DNA from: Planctomycetales bacterium
GTDB lineage: Bacteria > Omnitrophota > Gorgyraeia > Gygaellales > Profunditerraquicolaceae
DNA: 64,000 nucleotides
Assembly: GCA_005239725.1 (NCBI GenBank)
Contig: SBBM01000045.1
Location: 33,724-97,723 of the forward strand
Reading direction: 5' to 3'
Of the stretch, positions 57,007-64,000 are shown piece by piece (position 1 is the stretch's first letter; each line of letters begins with the position of its first letter). The notes under the pieces are model-generated. The model worked only from the letters and a program-made list of their open reading frames with translations, did no database searches and was not told the DNA's origin. Made by a program: the position numbers and the translations under genes.

Positions 57007-57519
57007 ATGGATAAATTGATAAATTTGCTGAGCAAGTATAAAAACGCGCTTTTAAATGTGGCAATAATCGCACTTGCCCTGGTGATTAGCAAAAACATTT
57101 ATCAAAACCAGGCGAAAGAGATTTCCACCTTAATGCAGTTAAAAGAGTCCGCGCAAAAGAAGAATGCGGCGTTGGAAGATATATCTCAACTGCAAAAGAA
57201 ATTCGCTGTTTTCAGGGCCTCTATCAATAACAAGGATATCGCTATAGTGATGGGCAAAATCAGCGATATCGCCAAGGAATACGGGATTAAGATTCTTTCA
57301 GTCAGGCCCTTGCCGGATAAAGACTGCGGCACGTATACCGCATATGCCTTCGATTTAAATATTACTTCTGCCAGCTACCATAATTTAGGTAAGTTTATAA
57401 GCAAACTGGAAAGTTCGCCCGATATATATTATATTACTAATTTAAACATGGCCAGAAGGGAAAAGGATGAATTCATTACTGTCGGCATGACCGTGAATAC
57501 AATGTGGGTAAAGGACTAA
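57007..57519 (+). CDS. pilO: Type IV pilus assembly protein PilO-like
   Basis: N-terminal TM helix, coiled-coil and C-terminal alpha/beta domain; position between pilMN and pilP. Confidence 0.55.
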   Translation: MDKLINLLSKYKNALLNVAIIALALVISKNIYQNQAKEISTLMQLKESAQKKNAALEDISQLQKKFAVFRASINNKDIAIVMGKISDIAKEYGIKILSVRPLPDKDCGTYTAYAFDLNITSASYHNLGKFISKLESSPDIYYITNLNMARREKDEFITVGMTVNTMWVKD

Positions 57520-57534
57520 TCTCTTAAGCATGAT

Positions 57535-58062
57535 ATGAAAAAAAACAACCTTCAGGGTATGGGCATAATAGTCGGCACGCTTCTATTAAGCGTAACGTCT
57601 GTGAGCGCGGACCAGCAATTTAACCGCATGGTGCAAATGGAAAAAAGGGAACAGCCCGCAGTTCCGGCGCAGGGGGCGCCTGATGTTGAGCGGGACGTTA
57701 TCCGAAAGCCGAATCTGGAATATAAATCAGAAAAATTGCCCGACCCCTTCCGGAAGCAATTTGAAGAAGTCGCAGCCGCTGCAGAGGCCCCCGTTAGCCG
57801 GGAAGAAGGTTATAGCAACGAATTGTCAGCAGAGCTGCGTGATTCCTTTGCGATACAGGGTATTATCTGGGGAGGCAGGTTTCCCCAGGCTATTATGAAT
57901 AATAAGGTGGTAAAGGTGGGCGATGAAGTAATGGGCGCGCGTATTATTGAAATAAATCCAAACGGTATATCGGTTCTTTTTGAGGACCGGGTTTATAATG
58001 TCACTTTATCTACACTGGATAAATTATTGGAAGGTTCAAAAGGAGGCGAAGATGAAAAGTAG
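57535..58062 (+). CDS. pilP: Type IV pilus assembly lipoprotein PilP-like
   Basis: Signal peptide, disordered linker and a C-terminal beta-domain (IQGIIWGGR..AIMNNKVVKVGDEVMGARIIEI…VL), directly upstream of the secretin. Confidence 0.55.
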   Translation: MKKNNLQGMGIIVGTLLLSVTSVSADQQFNRMVQMEKREQPAVPAQGAPDVERDVIRKPNLEYKSEKLPDPFRKQFEEVAAAAEAPVSREEGYSNELSAELRDSFAIQGIIWGGRFPQAIMNNKVVKVGDEVMGARIIEINPNGISVLFEDRVYNVTLSTLDKLLEGSKGGEDEK

Positions 58063-59551
58063 GCTGAATCTAATTATTTTTACCGCGGTTTTCCTGATTT
58101 GCAACCCCCCGAAGTCTAATGCCGCCCTTGATATTGCTTTCCCCAACCCTGAGCAGGAGATATCCATGGATTTACAGGATGCCAGCTTAAAAGACGTTTT
58201 GAAAATATTTTCCATGCAATCCGGATTGAATTTTGTGGCATCGGAAAACGTGGAGGACCGAAAGATTACCTTATATTTTGACAAGGTGTTGATAAAAGAC
58301 GGAATGGATAAGTTATTTATGGCCAACAACCTGTCATACGAATTGGACCCGGATTCGAAAATTTTTCTTGTCAAAGATTGGGGAAAACCGGAAGTGGAAA
58401 CCGTTACCCGGGTTTTTTACCTCAGATACGCTACGGTTTTAGTCTCTCCCCTGAAAAATGAAGTATCGACAACTACTACTACAACTACCGACACTACCAG
58501 TAGCGGAGACACTGATGAAGAAGATACCGGCATTACCGGCGCGGTAAAGAAACTCCTTTCCGCGGAGCACGGTTCAGTGATTGAAGACCCCCGGACAAAC
58601 AGCCTCATTGTTACGGACATCCCGAGCAAGATGCCGGTAATTACCAAACTCATCGCATCCCTGGATGTGCCCATGCCCCAGGTATTACTTGAAGTGGAAA
58701 TGCTTGATGTGAATAAATCCATCACCGATAAGGTTGGTTTTAATTTCGGTTCCGCAGGGTCGTATGCCATGCAGGTAGTAAGCGCTTCCCGAGGGACTGT
58801 CTTTCCTCTGGCTGCCTTAACAAGCAAAGAGGCAGTTTCGGATAATGTAACCGCAGGGACGTTAAGCTTTCCAACAACCCTTAAAGTAGTCCTGGACTTT
58901 TTGAAGACCCAGGCCGATACGAAGTTTCTTGCCAGGCCGCGCATTTTGACGTTAAATAACCAGCCGGCAGAGATAAAAATTGCCACCGATGAGTCCGTCG
59001 GTGTTACCACTACAACAAGTTCAACAGCTGGGACAACTACGGCTACGCCTGAGCGTGTGTCAACCGGGGTAACTCTAAAAGTTACGCCGCAGATTAATGT
59101 GGATACCGGCGAGATTACGATGTCCATCCTTCCCGAGGTATCCGAGGCAACCCAGGGGAATAGTTTCACCAGTAGCGGCGCTACTTTTCAATACCGCGAC
59201 CCGGAAACGCGCAGCACTAAATCCCTCGTAAGGGTAAAAGACGGGGAAACGGTTATTATAGGCGGTTTAATCCGCAATGAATTTTCGCAGACTATCACAA
59301 AGCTTCCCATATTAGGGGATATTCCGCTGTTTGGAAAATTATTCACCCATAGAAATAATGATAAGAATAAAGAACGCGAATTATTGGTGTTTATTACTCC
59401 GCACATTGTCAAGGATACAGGCAGTAAGACAGCCCTCGCCCAGGCAAAGAAGCCCGGGCTCCCGGAAAGGGAGCAGGATGCGTTTCCGGTCTCTGACCGG
59501 CAAGCCGCCATCAATTCTACGTTGACTAATTTTGAAAAGATGAAGAAATAA
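58052..59551 (+). CDS. pilQ: Type IV pilus secretin PilQ (with Thr-rich low-complexity inserts)
   Basis: Signal peptide; N0/N1-like domains; secretin C-domain (LVRVKDGETVIIGGLI…LPILGDIPLFGKLF…RELLVFITPHIV). AGGAGG RBS before the ATG at 58052; the ORF-track start at 57980 is rejected. Confidence 0.8.
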   Translation: MKSRLNLIIFTAVFLICNPPKSNAALDIAFPNPEQEISMDLQDASLKDVLKIFSMQSGLNFVASENVEDRKITLYFDKVLIKDGMDKLFMANNLSYELDPDSKIFLVKDWGKPEVETVTRVFYLRYATVLVSPLKNEVSTTTTTTTDTTSSGDTDEEDTGITGAVKKLLSAEHGSVIEDPRTNSLIVTDIPSKMPVITKLIASLDVPMPQVLLEVEMLDVNKSITDKVGFNFGSAGSYAMQVVSASRGTVFPLAALTSKEAVSDNVTAGTLSFPTTLKVVLDFLKTQADTKFLARPRILTLNNQPAEIKIATDESVGVTTTTSSTAGTTTATPERVSTGVTLKVTPQINVDTGEITMSILPEVSEATQGNSFTSSGATFQYRDPETRSTKSLVRVKDGETVIIGGLIRNEFSQTITKLPILGDIPLFGKLFTHRNNDKNKERELLVFITPHIVKDTGSKTALAQAKKPGLPEREQDAFPVSDRQAAINSTLTNFEKMKK

Positions 59552-61269
59552 TGCCCAGAGAAAAGTACCTGAAATTAGGCGAGCTTTTGATCAGGGAAGG
59601 CCTCATCAAGGAAGCGCAATTAGAAAAGGCAATTAATCTCCAGAAGCAGGAAGGCGGCCGATTAGGAGAGATTCTGGTTGCCCTGGGGATGGTCAAAGAA
59701 GAGCAGATGGTTGCGGTACTGGGAAGGCAGCTGGGCATACCGTATTTTTCCCTGGGTACCGGCATGCTCAAACCCGCCCTTGACCAGGAATTGGATAAAG
59801 TAATCACCAATGACTTTGCCTTGAAAAATTTTGTCTTGCCGTTATCGCGCACTTTAAAATCGCTGACGGTAGCCATGTCCGACCCCCTGGATTTAATACT
59901 GATTGATAATTTAAAAAAATTGACCGGATGCGATATTAACCCGGTGATTGCAACGAAAGCGGACATCATTAAAGCGATTGAGGAATTTTACGGCAAATCT
60001 ACTATTTTCAAGGAGGCGATACAGGCTTCTTATGAGCGCGGCCCGGCAGTGGTTGCCGAAGAAATCGAGGCCGATGAGGAGTTAAGTCTGGATAAGCTTA
60101 TCGCCAGGGCGGAAGAGGCCCCGGTGGTAAAATTAGTGGATTTGATTATACGTCAGGCCATAAATGAGCGCGCCTCCGATATCCATGTGGAGCCGTTTAG
60201 GGAGAAGATATCCCTGCGTTACCGTATTGACGGCAAGTTATACGAAATACCTCCTCCGGCAAAGCACCTGCATCTGCCGATAATTTCACGCATAAAGATA
60301 TTGGCCAAGCTGGATATTGCGGAAAAACGCCTTCCCCAGGACGGCGGTTTCCTGGTAAAGATAGAAGATAGGCCGATAGACTTGAGAGTTTCCACTATCC
60401 CAACTATTTACGGCGAAAAGATTGTTTTGAGGATACTTGACAGGAGCCAGGTTATTCTGGACCTCGGCCGCCTGGGATTTGATTCCCGGCAGCTTGAGCA
60501 GTTTCGCTCAATAATAAATTCTCCTTACGGGCTGATATTTATTACCGGTCCTACCGGCAGCGGCAAGACGACCACGCTTTACAGTATTTTAAGCGAGATT
60601 AATAACCCCAGCAAGAATATCCTGACTATTGAGGACCCCATTGAATATAAATTGGAAGGGATTAACCAGGTCCAGATAAAACCGGAAATCGGGCTTACCT
60701 TTGCTTCTGCCCTGCGCAGTTTTTTAAGGCAGGACCCGGATGTCATGCTGGTCGGCGAGGTAAGGGACTTAGAGACAGCGGAAATCTGTATCCGCTCGGC
60801 CCTTACCGGACATCTGGTTTTGAGCACCCTGCATACTAATGACGCGGCTTCCGCGATAAACCGCCTTGTAGATATCGGTGTTGAACCATATTTACTTACG
60901 CCTTCCCTGATTGCCATAGCGAGCCAGAGGCTGATACGCAGGCTCTGCCCGGAATGCAAGGAGGCTTACGAGCCTACCCCGGAACAATTAGGGGGGGTGA
61001 AAATAAAGACAGATTTGATTTACCGGCCTAAGGGCTGCGCAAAATGCAACCAGATAGGGTATTCGGGGCGCTCCTGTATCGCGGAAATTGTGCTGATAAA
61101 TGACCAGATACGCGACCTCATCAGCCAGCGGGCGGCATCTTATAAGATTAAACAGGCGGCAAAGGCAGCCGGTATGCAGACACTGTATGAATCCGCATTG
61201 AAAAATGTCGAGAGTGGAGTCACATCTCTGGAAGAGGCATTATCTGTTACTCTGGAGTGGGGTGGATAA
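59551..61269 (+). CDS. pilB: Type IV pilus assembly ATPase PilB (GspE family)
   Basis: N-terminal GSPII-like domain, Walker A GPTGSGKTTTLYS, Asp box, Walker B, His box, tetracysteine CPEC…CAKC. Confidence 0.85.
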   Translation: MPREKYLKLGELLIREGLIKEAQLEKAINLQKQEGGRLGEILVALGMVKEEQMVAVLGRQLGIPYFSLGTGMLKPALDQELDKVITNDFALKNFVLPLSRTLKSLTVAMSDPLDLILIDNLKKLTGCDINPVIATKADIIKAIEEFYGKSTIFKEAIQASYERGPAVVAEEIEADEELSLDKLIARAEEAPVVKLVDLIIRQAINERASDIHVEPFREKISLRYRIDGKLYEIPPPAKHLHLPIISRIKILAKLDIAEKRLPQDGGFLVKIEDRPIDLRVSTIPTIYGEKIVLRILDRSQVILDLGRLGFDSRQLEQFRSIINSPYGLIFITGPTGSGKTTTLYSILSEINNPSKNILTIEDPIEYKLEGINQVQIKPEIGLTFASALRSFLRQDPDVMLVGEVRDLETAEICIRSALTGHLVLSTLHTNDAASAINRLVDIGVEPYLLTPSLIAIASQRLIRRLCPECKEAYEPTPEQLGGVKIKTDLIYRPKGCAKCNQIGYSGRSCIAEIVLINDQIRDLISQRAASYKIKQAAKAAGMQTLYESALKNVESGVTSLEEALSVTLEWGG

Positions 61270-62502
61270 ATGGCGAAACTCTTTTATGTTGCAAGGGATA
61301 AGGCAGGGAATAAGGTTAGCGGCACTGAAGAGAATATAAACCAGGAAGAGCTTGTCAGCCGGCTGCAGGCAAAAGACCTGGTTGTTATAAAGATAATCCC
61401 CGAGGGTTCCCTGGAATTTAGGGCCGGAGAAAAACCCCTTGTCCGTTACGTTCGCCGGCGCCATTACAAGGTTAGCGGCAACGATTTAGTGCTTTTTTGC
61501 CGGCAGCTGGCAACGCTTCTTTCTGCGGGAGTGGCTATCCTTAAAAGTCTGGATATAATTTCCGAACAGGTCGCCAGCACTAAACTACAGGCTATTCTAA
61601 AGAAATTAATAAAAGATATGGAGCAGGGTCTGACTTTTCACGAGTCAATGGCTAAATACCCGGCGGTATTTTCGGACCTCTGGATAAACCTTGTGGAAAG
61701 CGGAGAGGCGTCCGGGAACCTGGCGGTTGTCCTGGAGCGCCTGTCGTATTATCTGGAGCGCGAAGCCGAGTTTAAGAAAAAAATCATTTCCAGCCTTATA
61801 TATCCGGCCATACTTTTATGCGCGGGCCTGGGCGCGCTTTTATTCTTAACCGTCAAGATTATCCCTACATTTGCCGATATCTTTAAAGGTTTTAATATAA
61901 CCCTGCCTTTAATTACCAGGGTCCTTATAGCTCTCAGCGAGGGGCTCAGGAAATTTTTATTGCCAGGGATAGGCGGGATGGTTTGCGCCTTTTATATGGT
62001 GCGCAGGTATATCCGGACGAAAGACGGCCGGAAAAAATACGAGAGCATCAAATTTAACCTGCCTACGTTCGGCGATTTTTTTAAGGCCTTGACAGTGGAG
62101 AGGTTCTCCTCAGGGATGTCTACGTTGCTTGAGAGCGGGGTGCCTATACTTTATTCCCTGGAAATTACGGAGCATAGCGTGGGCAATTTAATCATGATGG
62201 ATATCATCCGGGAAATTAAAGACAATGTAAGGAACGGCCGGCCTTTAAGCCAAACCCTTGAAAAGAGCAAGTTTTTTGAGCCCATGGTCGTGCAAATGGT
62301 AAGTATAGGCGAGGAAATAGGCGAACTGCCGGATATGTTTAAACGCATAAATAAGTTTTACCAGGATTACCTGGAAACGTTCTTGGCCCGTTTTACTTCC
62401 ATGTTTGAGCCGATTATGCTCATTTTTATGGGCGGGGTCATCGGGATAATGGTTATCGGCATGTTTTTGCCGATTTTCCAGATTACCCAGATTTCCGGCT
62501 AA
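61270..62502 (+). CDS. pilC: Type IV pilus inner-membrane platform protein PilC (GspF family)
   Basis: Two T2SSF repeats, three TM helices; 410 aa. Confidence 0.85.
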   Translation: MAKLFYVARDKAGNKVSGTEENINQEELVSRLQAKDLVVIKIIPEGSLEFRAGEKPLVRYVRRRHYKVSGNDLVLFCRQLATLLSAGVAILKSLDIISEQVASTKLQAILKKLIKDMEQGLTFHESMAKYPAVFSDLWINLVESGEASGNLAVVLERLSYYLEREAEFKKKIISSLIYPAILLCAGLGALLFLTVKIIPTFADIFKGFNITLPLITRVLIALSEGLRKFLLPGIGGMVCAFYMVRRYIRTKDGRKKYESIKFNLPTFGDFFKALTVERFSSGMSTLLESGVPILYSLEITEHSVGNLIMMDIIREIKDNVRNGRPLSQTLEKSKFFEPMVVQMVSIGEEIGELPDMFKRINKFYQDYLETFLARFTSMFEPIMLIFMGGVIGIMVIGMFLPIFQITQISG

Positions 62503-62507
62503 AGATA

Positions 62508-62535
62508 TTGACAAATATATTTTTTGTATTAAACT
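62508..62535 (+). promoter_or_regulatory. sigma70-like promoter TTGACA-N16-TAAACT upstream of the pilin genes
   Basis: TTGACA at 62508-62513; the palindrome TGCGCGCA downstream; AAGGAGG RBS 7 nt before the pilin ATG. Confidence 0.35.
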
Positions 62536-62592
62536 TTAATTGTGCGCCGCGGAGTGCGCGCATGATTACCTAACACCAAAAGGAGGTCTGAG

Positions 62593-62976
62593 ATGGGAAG
62601 GAGAGGTTTTACCTTGCTTGAAATTATCATAGTTTTAATTATTATCGGTATTATCGCGACGTTAGGTTTGACCCAATATACGCGGGTCGTTGAAAAAGGT
62701 CGTACTGCAGAAGCAAAAACGAATTTAGGCACAGTCCGAACTTTGGCCCTGGCGCAGTATCAGGAATACGGCAATTACACCATCGACCTTGCTAATTACA
62801 ACTTACCGACAACATCAGCGTGTAACAGTAGTTATTACTATTGGTACGCGATTGATACCACTAGTGGCACAGGGACAGCAACGCGCTGTATCGGTACAAA
62901 TGGTAAACAGCCAGGCGGTCCTTCTGCCTACACCATAACTTTAACAGTAGATGGTGTCTTAACTTCTCCGTATTAA
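62593..62976 (+). CDS. pilA: Type IV pilin (prepilin with MGRRG|FTLLEIIIV leader; likely major pilin)
   Basis: Class III signal peptide G|FTLLE with Glu+5, followed by a hydrophobic alpha1 helix; 127 aa. Confidence 0.8.
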   Translation: MGRRGFTLLEIIIVLIIIGIIATLGLTQYTRVVEKGRTAEAKTNLGTVRTLALAQYQEYGNYTIDLANYNLPTTSACNSSYYYWYAIDTTSGTGTATRCIGTNGKQPGGPSAYTITLTVDGVLTSPY

Positions 62977-63004
62977 GTTTATTAATTTTAACGGGAGTAA
63001 GCAT

Positions 63005-63421
63005 ATGGCTAAAGCAGGCTTTACTCTGATGGAGTTGCTTATTGTTATCGTCATTGTGGGGATACTTGTTACTCTGGCTATGGTTAATTATTCCGGTGTC
63101 AGGGAACAGACATTTGATAAAGAGGCAAAGGCTAACCTGAAACTCATCCAGGCAGCGCAGAGGATTTATCATATGGAGAACACTTTTTTTTATCCATGCG
63201 CTGGCTGCGCCACTCCCGCTGATACCGCAGGCATAAATAGTAATTTAAGGCTTTCGTTACCTACCGCCAACCCGAACTGGACTTACTCTGCCTGGGGCGG
63301 GGCCACTACCGGCTGCGCCCGGGCCACGGCATCCGGCACTATTAACACGCCTGTCCGAAGTTGGTTTATGAGGACAAATGATGCAGACGGAGAGCCGGAC
63401 TCCGGCGCGGGTTGCCCATAA
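63005..63421 (+). CDS. Type IV pilin / pseudopilin (MAKAG|FTLMELLIV leader)
   Basis: Canonical prepilin N-terminus; 138 aa. Confidence 0.8.
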   Translation: MAKAGFTLMELLIVIVIVGILVTLAMVNYSGVREQTFDKEAKANLKLIQAAQRIYHMENTFFYPCAGCATPADTAGINSNLRLSLPTANPNWTYSAWGGATTGCARATASGTINTPVRSWFMRTNDADGEPDSGAGCP

Positions 63422-63828
63422 TTATGAACAAAAAGGCGCTTAGCCTGTTGGAAATTATTGTTTCCGCCGTTATTATGACCGTGGTAATCGCCGGCTTTGC
63501 CGCGATTTTTTTAAGCGGTAAAAGAAGCATACTCCATAGCCGTTCACGAGTGGTATCCGCAGAGATAGGCAAGTTGTTTTTAGATTATTTGCAGACCCAC
63601 GTAAGGCAGAACGATTGGGACGTAACAAGCCCGACGGTAACCAATGGGCTTGTTGTTGGTACCCGTTATTGCGATGGCAGCGCTAACCCCCAGCAGCCCG
63701 GCTGCCCAAATGTCTATGACCGCACCCTTGATAACATCACCTATAACGCGCAATATACCATCAGTTCGCCATATACAAATATCCGCAAAGTTAAAGCAGT
63801 TGTGAGCTGGAATGAGCCTACCCCGTAG
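63412..63828 (+). CDS. Minor pilin-like protein with non-canonical leader (…KKA|LSLLEIIVS; Ala at -1)
   Basis: E at +5 and a hydrophobic helix are conserved, but Gly-1 is replaced by Ala. Alternative start at 63424. Confidence 0.55.
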   Translation: MPIIMNKKALSLLEIIVSAVIMTVVIAGFAAIFLSGKRSILHSRSRVVSAEIGKLFLDYLQTHVRQNDWDVTSPTVTNGLVVGTRYCDGSANPQQPGCPNVYDRTLDNITYNAQYTISSPYTNIRKVKAVVSWNEPTP

Positions 63829-64000
63829 CAAAGCCATAACACTCATTGAACTTTTGATTGCAATAGTTTTGCTGGGGGTTATGACTTTGGCTTTTTCGAG
63901 CATTGATTTATTCAGCCGTCACCATTTGCGTACTTCCGAAATGAGGGTAAAAATACACAATGAGTTATCTTATGTCCTTGAAACTATTGCAAAGGACGTT
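63812..64000 (+). CDS. Minor pilin-like protein, 3'-truncated by window edge (MSLPRSKA|ITLIELLIAIVLLGV; Ala at -1)
   Basis: The ATG at 63812 overlaps the upstream pilin gene by 17 nt. The frame is open to nt 64000. The ORF track does not list it because it has no stop in the window. Confidence 0.5.
   Translation, partial: MSLPRSKAITLIELLIAIVLLGVMTLAFSSIDLFSRHHLRTSEMRVKIHNELSYVLETIAKDV

Noticed and set aside
58417-59169. 250-aa minus-strand ORF
   Set aside because: Antisense to pilQ. It arises from the Thr-codon-rich low-complexity inserts, which read as poly-Val/Ser on the opposite strand.

Overview
This is a 64-kb chromosomal segment of about 45% GC, apparently from an uncultivated diderm bacterium: it carries LPS heptosyltransferases, an ExbB/ExbD/TonB-like set and a secretin. 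Every gene I can support, including the edge-truncated ORFs at both window ends, lies on the + strand. In order: (i) 1-17.4 kb is a cell-envelope glycan locus. It holds three GT-C-type membrane glycosyltransferase candidates, two DPM1-like GT2 enzymes, a WaaL-like ligase, two GT9 heptosyltransferases, a DegT aminotransferase, another GT2, a CDP-paratose-2-epimerase-like SDR and GmhB. The locus is headed by an AbiEi/AbiEii toxin-antitoxin pair whose toxin gene overlaps (ATGA) a membrane protein, and it contains a carbamoyltransferase-SxtJ-DUF5989 triad. (ii) 17.4-31.6 kb is a housekeeping block: a GT28, priA with a degenerate Walker A/B, fmt, two tandem galT paralogs, gap, a fused MFS/spermidine-synthase, pgk-tpiA-secG, an MFS transporter and rplM-rpsI. 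(iii) 31.8-44.6 kb is one contiguous argC-J-B-D-F-G-H / lysA-dapF-dapA-dapB-dapL biosynthetic string. It is followed by folK, panC, nadX, an internally duplicated small basic protein and uvrA. (iv) 50-55 kb holds a TPR protein, ExbB/ExbD, a TonB-like protein and several small proteins. (v) 55.2-64 kb is a type IV pilus cluster: an HTH protein, a fused pilM-pilN, pilO, pilP, pilQ, pilB, pilC and four tandem pilin genes, the last cut by the window edge. Non-coding content includes several families of short dispersed intergenic repeats: GGGGAC/GTCCCC palindromes, a ~75-nt structured element present twice, and a ~35-nt element present in inverted copies. There are also sigma70-like promoters and rho-independent terminators. 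I see no rRNA, tRNA, CRISPR array, transposase or integrase. All calls come from motif-level reading of the translated ORFs and the DNA; no database searches were run.
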